Positions 9,056 to 19,589 of a DNA stretch of 64,000 bases are shown here, piece after piece. Origin of the DNA: Candidatus Hydrothermarchaeota archaeon (lineage in GTDB: Archaea > CAYFZR01); assembly GCA_046760505.1 (NCBI GenBank), contig JBHIEG010000007.1, forward strand, positions 1 through 64,000, read 5' to 3'. Position 1 is the stretch's first letter; each line of letters begins with the position of its first letter. A program made the translations under genes and the position numbers. The notes under the pieces were generated by a model, which was given only the letters and a program-made list of their open reading frames with translations, ran no database searches and was not told the DNA's origin.

Positions 9056-9508
9056 ATGAGGATGAAGGATCCCTCTACCATAACTGTGGGAGAAGTCATG
9101 ACTAAAAAAGTCATAACGGTTAATGAAGACGACAGTTTTGAAAAAATAACCAAAATATTCAAGGAAATAAAGGTAAACGCCTTCCCTGTTTTGAACAGAC
9201 ATAATAAACTGGTGGGAATCGTTTCTGAGAGTGATGTAATGAAGGTTGTTGAGAAGCGTTATCTGAGTAAACACGAGATGTTCGGTACAATCGGGAGTAG
9301 GGCTAAAATCTTGAGCCCTAGAAAGGTGAAAGACGTTATGACAAGGAATCCGGTGACAATTTCTCCACTTGCGACGCTGGAACAGGCGATTATCCTTATG
9401 CTAATTCATCATGTGCGTGGTTTACCCGTTATTAACGAAAAAAACGAAGTTATAGGTATTATCGTGAAGAGGGACATCGTAAACACTCTTTTGTCGGAGA
9501 GTGAATAG
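9056..9508 (+). CDS. CBS-domain pair protein
   Basis: Two CBS repeats (VGEVMT..PV..LVGIVSESD; VKDVMT..LPV..VIGII..RD). Confidence 0.85.
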   Translation: MRMKDPSTITVGEVMTKKVITVNEDDSFEKITKIFKEIKVNAFPVLNRHNKLVGIVSESDVMKVVEKRYLSKHEMFGTIGSRAKILSPRKVKDVMTRNPVTISPLATLEQAIILMLIHHVRGLPVINEKNEVIGIIVKRDIVNTLLSESE

Positions 9509-10633
9509 TTGGATTTTCTCTTTCAGCTCATACTGATTCTAGTTTTTGCAACAGTATTCGGAGAACTTTTTCAGAGACTAAATCAACCAAGCGTAGTTGG
9601 AGAAATTGTAGCCGGAATTCTGCTCGGAATTTTCCTTGTGCCTTCGGAGAGTATAAAAGATATGGCTAACCTTGGTATTCTGTTCCTTCTCTTCTTGGCA
9701 GGGACAGAAATTGATATTCAGGATCTTATAGATGTTGGCAGGCAATCAACATCTACAGCAATATTTGGCATGGTCCTTCCTTTCTCAATTGGATTTACCA
9801 CATCTTATCTCATTTGGAAAGGGGTTTTGCTTTCCCTATTCATCGGAACCGCTTTCACCGCAACATCGATTGGAGTTACCGTTAAGACCTTGATGGACAT
9901 GGATAAGTTAGATACCATAGTGGGGAGAACAATAATCGGAAGCGCCATTATAGACGATATCTTGGGAATATCTCTCCTCGGTATCGTCACATCTCTTTCT
10001 ATAGGAAAGGTATCAGTGAGCAAGACGTTTTTCAGCACCTTAACCGGGATATTCTTAATTGTTGTGGTCCTCTACATAGGAATCAAGACCATAAACAGTG
10101 TGGCAACACACATGAACAAATTACTCTTAATTGAGGGAAGTTTCATGGTTTTTATAATACTTGCCCTGACTCTGGCTTATATTGCCGAAAAAATAGGTTT
10201 AAACATGGTACTGGGAAGTTTTGCAGCTGGCATCATTATTGGAAAAGTGGTGGATCATCATTTGCTTGGAAAAATATCAGCAATGTCTCGAGGATTCTTT
10301 ATTCCAATATTTTTCGCGTTTGTTGGCATGTCTACACATTTAGGTTTGAGTTATCAGAACTTAGATATCGTATTCTTATTTCTGGTTTCCGCGAGTTTAA
10401 GCAAGGTCTTTGGCGCCAGCATTGGATCTCTGATAGGGGGAATATCTCCCAGAGAATCTTTGGTCATAGGTATAGGGCTGATGCCGAGAACAGAAATCGC
10501 TTTGGCGGTAATCACAGTGGGGGCTGGATTGGGTATAATTCCTCCTGAAATCTTTTCCGTACTCGTGATAACCTTCGCCCTAACCGTTTTTATAACTCCG
10601 ATGCTATTATCTCTTTCCTATAGAAATTTATAG
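9509..10633 (+). CDS. Cation:proton antiporter, CPA2 (Kef/NapA) family
   Basis: PSVVGEIVAGILLG, TATSIGVT, AIIDD and GLMPR.E motifs; about 12 TM helices. Confidence 0.85.
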   Translation: MDFLFQLILILVFATVFGELFQRLNQPSVVGEIVAGILLGIFLVPSESIKDMANLGILFLLFLAGTEIDIQDLIDVGRQSTSTAIFGMVLPFSIGFTTSYLIWKGVLLSLFIGTAFTATSIGVTVKTLMDMDKLDTIVGRTIIGSAIIDDILGISLLGIVTSLSIGKVSVSKTFFSTLTGIFLIVVVLYIGIKTINSVATHMNKLLLIEGSFMVFIILALTLAYIAEKIGLNMVLGSFAAGIIIGKVVDHHLLGKISAMSRGFFIPIFFAFVGMSTHLGLSYQNLDIVFLFLVSASLSKVFGASIGSLIGGISPRESLVIGIGLMPRTEIALAVITVGAGLGIIPPEIFSVLVITFALTVFITPMLLSLSYRNL

Positions 10634-10643
10634 GGGGTTTTGC

Positions 10644-11216
10644 ATGAAGGTCCTGGGAATAAATGGCAGCCATAGATATGAAAAAACAACAAGAAAGTAT
10701 CTTGATCTTGCCATGGAGGAAATAAAAAAGGAAGGATTTGAAACCGAAATCTTAGAACTATCAAAGCTTAATATCGAAGATTGCAATGTTTGTGAGAAGT
10801 GCAGGGAAGAACCTTGTCCAATACAGGATGATATGCAGGAGGTATATAAAAAGTTGGAAGAGTCTGATGGAATAATCTTGGCGTCTCCGGTCTACTTTGG
10901 TACTGTATCTGCCAAACTAAAAAGAATGATGGACAGAACGCTTTACCTAAGGAGAAAAAATATGGCTCTCTCAGGAAAGGTAGGAGGAGCCATATCAGTG
11001 GGAAGGACAAGAAATGGAGGTCAAGAGTTTACCAACATGGCGATCTATAACTTCATGTTCATACATGAAATGATAGCAGTAAGCGATAAGTCCACGGCTC
11101 ATTTTGGAGGGATAGCCCACTCAGGAGTAGAGGAGGATCCGGAGGGAGAAAAAACCTGCAGAAATTTAGGAAGGAAAGTTGCTGAGACACTGAAAAAATT
11201 AAGTCCGAATAGTTAG
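10644..11216 (+). CDS. Iron-sulfur flavoprotein (Isf) / NADPH-dependent FMN reductase family
   Basis: GINGS.R, CxxCxxCxxxxC (CNVCEKCREEPC), ASPVYFG and GGQE motifs. Confidence 0.85.
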   Translation: MKVLGINGSHRYEKTTRKYLDLAMEEIKKEGFETEILELSKLNIEDCNVCEKCREEPCPIQDDMQEVYKKLEESDGIILASPVYFGTVSAKLKRMMDRTLYLRRKNMALSGKVGGAISVGRTRNGGQEFTNMAIYNFMFIHEMIAVSDKSTAHFGGIAHSGVEEDPEGEKTCRNLGRKVAETLKKLSPNS

Positions 11217-11218
11217 CC

Positions 11219-12166
11219 TCAATCCAATCCTCGGTGAGTTCTAGAAATTTCCTCCAGAAGCTCACAGGGCTTACATATGTTTCTAGATGTAGGTTCCCCA
11301 CATATCTCGCACTCCCTTATCCTTTCATCTACGAGATTTCTTACATAGGGTAACATCTTATCCAGAGAACTTACCACTCCATGCTTCGTGCCAGGCCTCT
11401 TTCTTTCTATCTCGTTTAAGAAATCACGAACATCTGCCCTGAAAGAAGTTCCAGAATATGTACATTCTTTCAACGAACAGGGAATATCTTTCAAAATTGT
11501 ATACAGAGCTATTTCTTTCTCAGGTAAGTTCCTCAGGGGTTTTAGTCTTGGCACAATCAAGGGATGCGTATTATGGGGTAAAGGATCTAATCTTGCGAGT
11601 TTTTTTAATGCACCCTGCATCATGTTCAACATTATCGCCTGAGCCTCGTCATCCAAGTTGTGTCCGGTGAATATCTTGTTGCATTCGAGTTCTCTGGCGT
11701 ATTTATTTATTAGATATCTCCTCAACACGCCACAGTAAGTACAAGGGTTTTTTTTATACCCATTCTCCTTGCTAATTTCAACCATTCTATCAAGGGAGTA
11801 ATCGAATTCTTTTTCAAAAATGAACATGTGGTGAGGAATACCTAACTTTCTGCATAATTTCCTTCCACTTTTTAGAGTGTGCTCCCTGTATCCTTTGATT
11901 CCTTCATCTATGCTTATTGCGATTACCTCCACATCAGGAATCCGGTTTGCAACCTTGTTTATCGTATAAAGGACGCATGAACTGTCTTTTCCTCCAGATA
12001 GAGCAACCGCTATCTTGTCGCCCCTTTGGATACCTTTAAGGAACCTTAATTCCCGTCTTATTCTTTTTTCAAAGAACGTAATAAAACATGATTCACAAAA
12101 AAACTTTCCAACATACCTTAAATTAATGACTGCTTCACTTCCGCAAACACATTTCAAACTAGCCAC
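11219..12166 (-). CDS. ttuA: tRNA 2-thiouridine synthase, TtuA/Ncs6 family
   Basis: PP-loop SGGKDS, CTYCGVLRR, TGHNLDDE and N- and C-terminal Zn fingers. Confidence 0.85.
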   Translation of the reverse strand: MASLKCVCGSEAVINLRYVGKFFCESCFITFFEKRIRRELRFLKGIQRGDKIAVALSGGKDSSCVLYTINKVANRIPDVEVIAISIDEGIKGYREHTLKSGRKLCRKLGIPHHMFIFEKEFDYSLDRMVEISKENGYKKNPCTYCGVLRRYLINKYARELECNKIFTGHNLDDEAQAIMLNMMQGALKKLARLDPLPHNTHPLIVPRLKPLRNLPEKEIALYTILKDIPCSLKECTYSGTSFRADVRDFLNEIERKRPGTKHGVVSSLDKMLPYVRNLVDERIRECEICGEPTSRNICKPCELLEEISRTHRGLD

Positions 12167-12359
12167 CAGAAATCACGTTAATAATTTCTAAAATATCTCC
12201 ATCATTTAATTTTTCTTCCTCTGGTCTAATACGTCCATTTAGGCTAACCACTACGGTTACCGGGTTTATGTTTAAGATATTAAGTACATCCATTATGGTG
12301 CTTCCATCTTTCAGAGAAAGTTCTTCTTCTTTTCCCACTCTTTTTACCTTGATCTTCAT
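12159..12359 (-). CDS. Ubiquitin-like sulfur carrier (ThiS/MoaD/SAMP)
   Basis: 66 aa beta-grasp ending VISGG; overlaps the ttuA start. Confidence 0.88.
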   Translation of the reverse strand: MKIKVKRVGKEEELSLKDGSTIMDVLNILNINPVTVVVSLNGRIRPEEEKLNDGDILEIINVISGG

Positions 12360-12495
12360 GGTGAATAAACGGTGAAATAGAAATTTGAAGGTTTCGTCAT
12401 AACTTAATTCTTTCCACCTTGTATTTTGAGTATACTTCGGCTATTACCGATCGCTGGTCACAAAGATTAAAAGTTATGTCGTCTTGATAGGTTAT

Positions 12496-12525
12496 GAGGG
12501 CTCATGCCCTCTGCCCCCCATTTTT
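12496..12525. other. GC-rich hairpin followed by TGCCCCCCA and T5; terminator-like or tRNA-3'-half-like
   Basis: GAGGGC-TCAT-GCCCTC at 12496-12511 in an AT-rich intergenic gap. Confidence 0.35.
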
Positions 12526-12536
12526 CCAAAATCTTT

Positions 12537-14534
12537 TCAAAGTTTACTACTGTTTTCGTTAGGTCTCAGGAGTTCTCTGGCTCTTTTCTCCTTGTATTCA
12601 TAAATTATGTCTTCGATTGCGTCCAAACTTTCCGTATCTTTTCGTTTTTTGTCTTCTCGGAGCCAGTTTTCAATTTCTCTTCTGAAGAGTTCTGAATCTA
12701 TAACCGCGAAATCATCCACATGTCTCAGTCTTACCTTATCAGGGTCTATTATGGGGATATTCTCCTCTTTAAAAACCTCTTCAGCCACATGAGACATCCC
12801 TTTCTTTGCTATGATGCATTTTACCCCTTTGGCCAGCGTCCTTGCTGTTGTGGCTCCGCCTCCGCTCGCATCCATAATGTACACTACATCGTTAGAAAGT
12901 CCCACCTGGTCTTTTAGTTTTTGTATACTTCCTTTGGTGAACGTTTTCAGTATTTTAACCGGTTTTAATTTTTTTGAAGGTTCTAAAGAATGGATTCTCT
13001 TTAGAGTTTGGAGTTCTTTTGCATATCTTGACGATCTCTCTTTTTCTTTTATTATCTCCGCTTTTAAATCTTCAATCATTTTTTCTTTAGATCTGAGAAG
13101 AGAATCCTTTCGTATCTCCATGTCTTCTTCTTTTATAATTCTCTCTAGTTTTGCTTGCAATTCATTTTTCTCATGAATTAGTTTTTCCCTTTCTTCCATC
13201 AAGAATTTGTTTTCTTCCTCTAATTTTTCTATCTTCTTTTCTAATTTTTTAATTTTATTTTTTAAATATTCCAGATCGTCTTTTTCTGGATGTTTTTCTG
13301 ATAATTTCCTTGTTTTCTCTTTTTTCTCTTTCAACATATCAACTGCATCTTTGAGTGTGTACCCTTTTATCGTTAGTTCTTTAATTTTATTTACGTCGCC
13401 TTTGAAACCAATTTCTTCTAGTTTACCATCGATCTGTAAAAATTTATTTTTATAGGAATTAAATGCCTTTACGGCAGCTGCCAAAGAGTCTCTCTGATGA
13501 GAATCGCTCGGGGGGTGTATTTTCTCTTCCATTACGTAGGCGTTCACAATCTCTCTTTTGTCCTGCACGCTCAATTGGTCGTGGGAAATCAATTTGGCGT
13601 TAAATATTGCCGATATTTTTTCAATTTGCTTGGGAGGGGGGTGAATATCTGTTGCAACTATAGCGGGAGTCCCGAATTTCTCGATGAAATTTATTATGTC
13701 ACTTCTTGACATATTTTTCATACTTTTCATTGAGACCAGATGACCGTTTAGATCGAGTATGGATAGCCCTGTTGTCGTCCCGGGGTCTATTCCAACAATT
13801 AGGGGAGAGTATTTTTTTCTCTTTTCAACTGTAATCTTCGCCGGTTTTACCGTAACTTTGACGTCAGGACCTTTTACTTCTCTAACAATTTTTCTGACCT
13901 TAGGATAGGTTGCGTAAGCAGTAAATTCACTTCTAGAATATCCTTGATCTTTAGTTTTTATATTCAGGTCGTAATCTATACCTTTTTCATCTAAGTTTCG
14001 CTTTATATCTCTTGTAACCTGCTGTATAAGGTTGTGAATCTTTCTTCTGTACCTAGACTGGCTGAATCCCCCTGGTCCAATACTTCTTGCCCTACTTACT
14101 ATGATTTTGGTCGTATCTTTGACGAGGGTTACTTCTGTTCCTATGCCTTTATGCGCGAGTAGTGCGCATACACGGGCTTCCTCTAATGAAGAAGCCCTTT
14201 CTCCAACAGGGATTCCGTGTTTTTTGGCTATCTTGTAGAGTGAAACCTGCCCTCCAAAAGGGCCGGTTACTTGGAGAACTTTGGTTTCGGGGGATAATCT
14301 ACCTAAAAAGCGTTTCAGGCGCTTTCTGTTGGGTACCAGTTCATATATATTATCAGTAGCAAGTATATCTGGCTTTTCCTTTTTGATCAGCCTTAAAAGT
14401 TTGTGAAGATTGGCTCTTTCAAAGGAAAAGACTATTTTTCCGTCTTTCACTCCAACGACAGAGAACCATGGCTTTCTTTTTCCTCTGATAGAACCGTATG
14501 CAACATCGATTCCTATCACTAGCAAACGAACCAC
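12537..14534 (-). CDS. DUF460 family protein (archaeal RNase H-fold predicted nuclease with a long coiled coil)
   Basis: LATDNIYEL, GPGGFSQSRYRR, IVGIDPGTTTG, HQRDSLAAA, coiled coil and SGGG motifs. Confidence 0.85.
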   Translation of the reverse strand: MVRLLVIGIDVAYGSIRGKRKPWFSVVGVKDGKIVFSFERANLHKLLRLIKKEKPDILATDNIYELVPNRKRLKRFLGRLSPETKVLQVTGPFGGQVSLYKIAKKHGIPVGERASSLEEARVCALLAHKGIGTEVTLVKDTTKIIVSRARSIGPGGFSQSRYRRKIHNLIQQVTRDIKRNLDEKGIDYDLNIKTKDQGYSRSEFTAYATYPKVRKIVREVKGPDVKVTVKPAKITVEKRKKYSPLIVGIDPGTTTGLSILDLNGHLVSMKSMKNMSRSDIINFIEKFGTPAIVATDIHPPPKQIEKISAIFNAKLISHDQLSVQDKREIVNAYVMEEKIHPPSDSHQRDSLAAAVKAFNSYKNKFLQIDGKLEEIGFKGDVNKIKELTIKGYTLKDAVDMLKEKKEKTRKLSEKHPEKDDLEYLKNKIKKLEKKIEKLEEENKFLMEEREKLIHEKNELQAKLERIIKEEDMEIRKDSLLRSKEKMIEDLKAEIIKEKERSSRYAKELQTLKRIHSLEPSKKLKPVKILKTFTKGSIQKLKDQVGLSNDVVYIMDASGGGATTARTLAKGVKCIIAKKGMSHVAEEVFKEENIPIIDPDKVRLRHVDDFAVIDSELFRREIENWLREDKKRKDTESLDAIEDIIYEYKEKRARELLRPNENSSKL

Positions 14535-14603
14535 CGCTCTGTATGGTATATAAAGAGAATTCTTCTTTAAAAAACTTTAAGACTGAATTTTAAATGATGT
14601 CCA

Positions 14604-15314
14604 TCAGAGGAAGTCTCTCTTCAGTTTTTCTAATTTCTTCATCAGCTCGCTTGAATCTATCAAGCCCTTTACGATGGATGAATTGACATCTAGCAGTCTT
14701 ACAGTTTCTATGGCTGTAAAAAAAGCCCATAAGTCTTGATCTAGGTCATACATTCTAATTTTATGTTTAAATTCAGAAATAGTCTTCTTTTCTATGAGAT
14801 TTTTCCTCTCTTCTTTCAATTTATGCGACAGTATCTCCACACCTTTGCTCAATATTTCGCTGATAATTTCCTCCGAAATATCCTCAGGAATTTTAATTTC
14901 CTTAATAAAATTAGTATCCTCTACATCTTCTTTTGAAACTTCCAATAAACCTTTTTTACCTAGCACGGTAACCATGGAAAAATTCAGTGCCCATTCATGG
15001 AGTTTTACAAGAAAATTCATCTCTTCTCTCCGGAAATAAGGAACAACTTCATATCTTCCAAAATCTTCTCTTCTCTTTTTTACTTCTTCAATGGCTTCAA
15101 CAAGGATCCTTTTTGCTTTTTCTTCGTCAATATGTCTTTTTAAATAATCTTTTAGATTTTTTCCAATTTTTTCAATTAATGACTTTGAAAAATGATATTG
15201 TTCTTTATTGCAGGATAATCTAGGCATGTTTTCTATCACATCATAACATGCTGCAAAATCCTTTATCAACCGAGAAACAGAATCGTCTATATCTTGGTTA
15301 GTCGATTTTAACAT
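14604..15314 (-). CDS. Hypothetical protein
   Basis: 236-aa open frame with host-like codon usage; no motif recognised. Confidence 0.55.
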   Translation of the reverse strand: MLKSTNQDIDDSVSRLIKDFAACYDVIENMPRLSCNKEQYHFSKSLIEKIGKNLKDYLKRHIDEEKAKRILVEAIEEVKKRREDFGRYEVVPYFRREEMNFLVKLHEWALNFSMVTVLGKKGLLEVSKEDVEDTNFIKEIKIPEDISEEIISEILSKGVEILSHKLKEERKNLIEKKTISEFKHKIRMYDLDQDLWAFFTAIETVRLLDVNSSIVKGLIDSSELMKKLEKLKRDFL

Positions 15315-15413
15315 AATATCCCTTGGGTTTGGAAGGATATAAATATTTATTTCAGTTTTGCGAATCTCTCAATAAAATAACTTTTTTATTTCGGTTATCT
15401 TAAATAGGAGAAT

Positions 15414-15821
15414 ATGAACCCAGACTCTCTATTCGTGTATGGGACTCTCATGAACATTGAGTTATTGAAAAGATTGATAGGTGATGTTTCAATAAAAATA
15501 GAAGAAGGAAGGGTTAACGGTAGATTGTATAACTGTGGTAACTTCCCAATACTTATGGAATCTAAAGATGAATATGTGCATGGAAAGCTTCTCACCATAG
15601 AAAATTTAATGGAAAAGATAGACACTCTGGATAGATACGAAGGCTATGAAAAAAATAATCCAGAATGCCTTTTTATCCGCAAAAAAATCGAAGTAACTCT
15701 AAAGGACAATAAAAAGAAAATAGCATGGGTCTATGTAGGAAACCCAAATTCAGAGTATATAAATAAAATATGCGTTAAAGAAAATTACATTGGGAGCGGA
15801 TCGTGGAATCCTCCTTTGTAG
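15414..15821 (+). CDS. Gamma-glutamylcyclotransferase (AIG2-like) family protein
   Basis: LFVYGTL, V.G.L, LDRYEG and AWVY motifs. Confidence 0.85.
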   Translation: MNPDSLFVYGTLMNIELLKRLIGDVSIKIEEGRVNGRLYNCGNFPILMESKDEYVHGKLLTIENLMEKIDTLDRYEGYEKNNPECLFIRKKIEVTLKDNKKKIAWVYVGNPNSEYINKICVKENYIGSGSWNPPL

Positions 15822-16907
15822 TCAAATTATTTTGGAGTAAATTTTTTCAACCTCATTTACTATATCTTGAATCCCTAACTCAGGGTTCATAACCAAAGTT
15901 GTAAGCGCTGCTCCGCCTGCTCCCACACCTTCCTTTACAACTCCCCTCTCATAGGCCTTTAGTCCATCGTACCTAGTTTCAGAAAAGTCTAAATCTACTC
16001 CAATGAGAGGTACCTGATTTGCGATTTTTTTGACCAGAAATTCAATATCTGATGTTTTGTCTTCCAGTATCCACCTTGTTGTCCCTAGTATAACATTTTC
16101 AAGAGAATTGGGATTGGTTTTGGAGAGGATAGAGAGTATTGCACCCATCTGGGTCCCTCCCGCGAGTATTACCGGAACGTATTTATGTGCTCCATCTACG
16201 ATCCCGCTGAAGGCGGCTTGCATTGGATCTCCAACCGCTTTTATTGCCGAAAATGGATCTTCTTTGCAGTCTCCCTCTTTTATTCCAGCATTTCTTAATC
16301 CTTCTTCAACGACTTTTATCTTTAATTCGCTAGGATTATTCGGCATGCTGCTGCTCACCTTTTCTCTTGCATCTATCCCCATGGCAAGAAGAACACCTAG
16401 AGCAGTGGTGGTTCCCCCGGGAATACTTTCTCCTATGCATAAAAAGTCTACTGCTCTGGCGATTTGCTCTCCTATCATTTTTCCATTTTCATAGATTTTT
16501 AGTGGGTCTTCTACTGCATTACCGGTTCTTATGTCGTTCCCGGGAATTGAACCTGCCACAATAAAAGGCACTGCTGGATTAACCCTGAGACCAGCACTGA
16601 CACCGAAAACTGGAAATTTCGCAAGATTTTTGCATGCTAGTGTAATTATAGCTGGGGTGGGGATACCTTCAGGAGTTACTGGAACCCCATCTAAGCAGAC
16701 ACATCTTTCTAAAAGGAGGAATTCTAGATCTCCTGCAGGAGTCAGATCCGTAATCTCTGGAAATGCTCCTGCTGCGGATATTCCAGGGATTTTTGCTGTT
16801 TCTGTATTCCCTAAAACGCATAAGAATGCTGATTTTTTATTATAGATTTCTGATAAGAGCTCTTTTCCTTTTTTCTTATTCAAAACAATTTTAATCCCCT
16901 CGATCAC
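15822..16907 (-). CDS. cobT: Archaeal nicotinate-nucleotide:dimethylbenzimidazole phosphoribosyltransferase
   Basis: TETAKIPGISAAG, GESIPGGTTTA, GDPMQ, LAGGTQM and VKEGVGAGG motifs. Confidence 0.88.
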   Translation of the reverse strand: MIEGIKIVLNKKKGKELLSEIYNKKSAFLCVLGNTETAKIPGISAAGAFPEITDLTPAGDLEFLLLERCVCLDGVPVTPEGIPTPAIITLACKNLAKFPVFGVSAGLRVNPAVPFIVAGSIPGNDIRTGNAVEDPLKIYENGKMIGEQIARAVDFLCIGESIPGGTTTALGVLLAMGIDAREKVSSSMPNNPSELKIKVVEEGLRNAGIKEGDCKEDPFSAIKAVGDPMQAAFSGIVDGAHKYVPVILAGGTQMGAILSILSKTNPNSLENVILGTTRWILEDKTSDIEFLVKKIANQVPLIGVDLDFSETRYDGLKAYERGVVKEGVGAGGAALTTLVMNPELGIQDIVNEVEKIYSKII

Positions 16908-16944
16908 GCGATCACCTTGTCATTTTGATTGCAACGTATCTGTG

Positions 16945-18237
16945 TCAGGCTTCCATAAAATAAAGATTTTTTTCATCCATTCCAAGCTCTATATATTTTC
17001 CGGTTTTCAATATCTCATGAGTCTCCTTTAGTGGTGCTACTCTTTTTCCAGGACCTATTACAGAATTTTCATAGATTTCGACGTTTTCTCCAATAACTAC
17101 AGTTTTGTCGATATCCTTACCGTAGAACTCCAGGGGAAAATCGCTATCCAACAAGCTTCCTGCACCAATATCAGTGTATCTTCCTACAACACACTTGTTT
17201 AGGGTAGAATGCTTTCCTATATTCACGAAATCCATTACAACGCTATTTTTTATCGTGACGTTATCTTCAATTATACAGTTGTCCCCTATTGAGGAGTTTT
17301 CTATCCATACATTTTCTCCGATCTCACAGTCTCTTCCTATTAGGGTGTATTCTCCCAAGTTAATGCTTCCGCGGAGTAGTTTTGATTTATTTCTCTCTTC
17401 AGTTGAGGATAGAACCCATCTATTTATCCCGCAAATTTCACACTCGTTGATGAGCTTAATATGTCCGAGTTTTTTCTGCAATACGTCAAAACTGGTTTGA
17501 AGATATCTTCCAGGAGTCCCAACATCTGCCCAGTAGCCGTGAAATGGGAAACCATAGATTGGATATCCCTTATCCGTGAGATAAGGTATCACGTCCTTTC
17601 CCACGTCCCTCACTCTGTCTCCCATCTCGTCGAAGACATCTTTTATCTCAGGCGAAAAGAGATATATAGCCGTATTAACAAGTCTTGATGGTTCCTTGCC
17701 TTTTTTAGGTTTTTCGACAAACCTTATAATTCTATTGTCATCAGTAATCTCTGCAACTCCAAATTGAGAGATGGATTCTTGAGGTTCCAGTATTTTAAGT
17801 CCTATTGTGAGTAACGCATTCTTTTTCTTGTGAAACTCGAGCATTTCTCTAATTTCAATATCCACCACATTGTCACCGCTAACAACCAAAACATCTTCGT
17901 CGATATTGAAGTACTCCATGCAAAATCTAATCGCATCTCCACTTCCTTGATCATCGTATCTTGGTTGATATCGAAATTCTACTTCTTCGTCTAATCCCAA
18001 TCTACCAGAAAAACCTTTTCCTTCTTTGAAATATTCTTTCAATCTGGTTGTATTGACATCGCCTTTGCTAGCAATGTAAAACTCCCTGCACCCCTGATTT
18101 GCGAGACCCTCAAATAATATCGCTAAAATAGATTTGTTGCACATTTCTACAAGAGGTTTGGGCTGGTGAAGCGTTAAAGGAAACAGTCTCGTCCCTCGCC
18201 CTCCTACGGTGGCAATTACAGGCGGCATTTCCTTCAT
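16945..18237 (-). CDS. NDP-sugar synthase (mannose-1-phosphate guanylyltransferase-like) with a hexapeptide tail
   Basis: GGRGTRLFPLT...PKPL, GDN, FVEKP and YWADVGT motifs; left-handed beta-helix C-terminus. Confidence 0.8.
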   Translation of the reverse strand: MKEMPPVIATVGGRGTRLFPLTLHQPKPLVEMCNKSILAILFEGLANQGCREFYIASKGDVNTTRLKEYFKEGKGFSGRLGLDEEVEFRYQPRYDDQGSGDAIRFCMEYFNIDEDVLVVSGDNVVDIEIREMLEFHKKKNALLTIGLKILEPQESISQFGVAEITDDNRIIRFVEKPKKGKEPSRLVNTAIYLFSPEIKDVFDEMGDRVRDVGKDVIPYLTDKGYPIYGFPFHGYWADVGTPGRYLQTSFDVLQKKLGHIKLINECEICGINRWVLSSTEERNKSKLLRGSINLGEYTLIGRDCEIGENVWIENSSIGDNCIIEDNVTIKNSVVMDFVNIGKHSTLNKCVVGRYTDIGAGSLLDSDFPLEFYGKDIDKTVVIGENVEIYENSVIGPGKRVAPLKETHEILKTGKYIELGMDEKNLYFMEA

Positions 18238-18299
18238 ATCTTTACTATTTTGAGGGTCTTACTTAAACATTACTTGTTACAAAAATTTGCAAAAAAATT

Positions 18300-19589
18300 T
18301 TAAATGCTGTTATTTCCCCTTCCCAGACCCATATATAGGATATCATCTGTTTTTTCCAAAATGCGTCGCGTGTCTATTAAAATAGGATTGTTCATACTTT
18401 TTATGTGTTTTTTTACTTCTTTAAACTCCTCCCAATCCGTGACTATCACACAGCAATCGCTTCCCCTTAGAGAAGATTTAAGGTCTTCTGCGTACTCTAT
18501 GGAATCTCCAAATATTTTCTTTGCGTTTTCTATTGCTCTAGGATCATAAACAATTACCCTTGCGCCATTCTTTTTGAGTTCGTTTATTATAGGAATTGCT
18601 GGAGAATTTCTCATGTCATCTGTATTCGGCTTGAAAGAAAGACCTAGTACCGTTATTTTCCTTTCATTAAGTCCAGATAGGATATTTTTTACTTTCTCTA
18701 CAACATAAAGAGGCTGTCTTCTATTTACTTCCAGCACAGATTCTAATAAGATTGGTTCATAACCTGCTTTTTTCGACTCACTTATAATTGCGTGAACATC
18801 TTTGGGAAAACAGGATCCGCCAAAACCAGGTCCTGCCTTGAGGAAATGGGGTGAGATTCTGTGATCTAAACCTATGCCCTCTGCTACCTTATCAACGTCA
18901 ATCTTGAATATCTCGCACATATTGGCAATTTCGTTAATAAACGAGATTTTCGTTGCTAAAAAAGCATTAGATGCGTATTTGATCATTTCAGCAGTTCTAA
19001 AGTCTGTGTATAATTTGGGACAGTCAAAACTCTCGTATAACTTTGAGATTTCTATTCGAGAGGTATCATCCAGAGATCCGATCACAATGCGATCAGGATT
19101 GAAGAAATCATATACTGCGTTACCTTCTCTCAAGAACTCAGGATTAACAACTATTCCAAAATCTTCTCCAAATTTCTTGCCCGAGGCTCTCTCAAGGACT
19201 GGTTTTACTATACGATCGGTTGTTCCGGGAATAACTGTGCTTTTTACCACAACGATATGATTTTTCTTTAAAGCCTTACCTATCTCAAAAGAAGAAGATT
19301 CTACATATCTTAAATCGATGCTGCCATCTGCTTTGCTTGGAGTACCTACACAAATGAAAGATATTTCGCTGTTTTCAATAGCATAGTTGGTATCTGTAGT
19401 GAATTCCAATTTTTGCGATGATTTTTCCAGCAAATCACTTAACTCAGGTTCGTAAAAAGGAATTTCTCTCTTCTTTATTTTTTCTATTTTCTCCTCATCT
19501 ATGTCTACGCAGATTACATCGAAGTTCATAGAAGCAAAGCATACAGCAGTAGTTAATCCAACGTAACCAGTTCCTATAATTGAAATCAT
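18300..19589 (-). CDS. ugd: UDP-glucose/GDP-mannose 6-dehydrogenase
   Basis: GTGYVG, VGTP, KSTV, NPEFLREG, GFGGSCFPKD and FKPNTDD.R motifs. Confidence 0.9.
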   Translation of the reverse strand: MISIIGTGYVGLTTAVCFASMNFDVICVDIDEEKIEKIKKREIPFYEPELSDLLEKSSQKLEFTTDTNYAIENSEISFICVGTPSKADGSIDLRYVESSSFEIGKALKKNHIVVVKSTVIPGTTDRIVKPVLERASGKKFGEDFGIVVNPEFLREGNAVYDFFNPDRIVIGSLDDTSRIEISKLYESFDCPKLYTDFRTAEMIKYASNAFLATKISFINEIANMCEIFKIDVDKVAEGIGLDHRISPHFLKAGPGFGGSCFPKDVHAIISESKKAGYEPILLESVLEVNRRQPLYVVEKVKNILSGLNERKITVLGLSFKPNTDDMRNSPAIPIINELKKNGARVIVYDPRAIENAKKIFGDSIEYAEDLKSSLRGSDCCVIVTDWEEFKEVKKHIKSMNNPILIDTRRILEKTDDILYMGLGRGNNSI

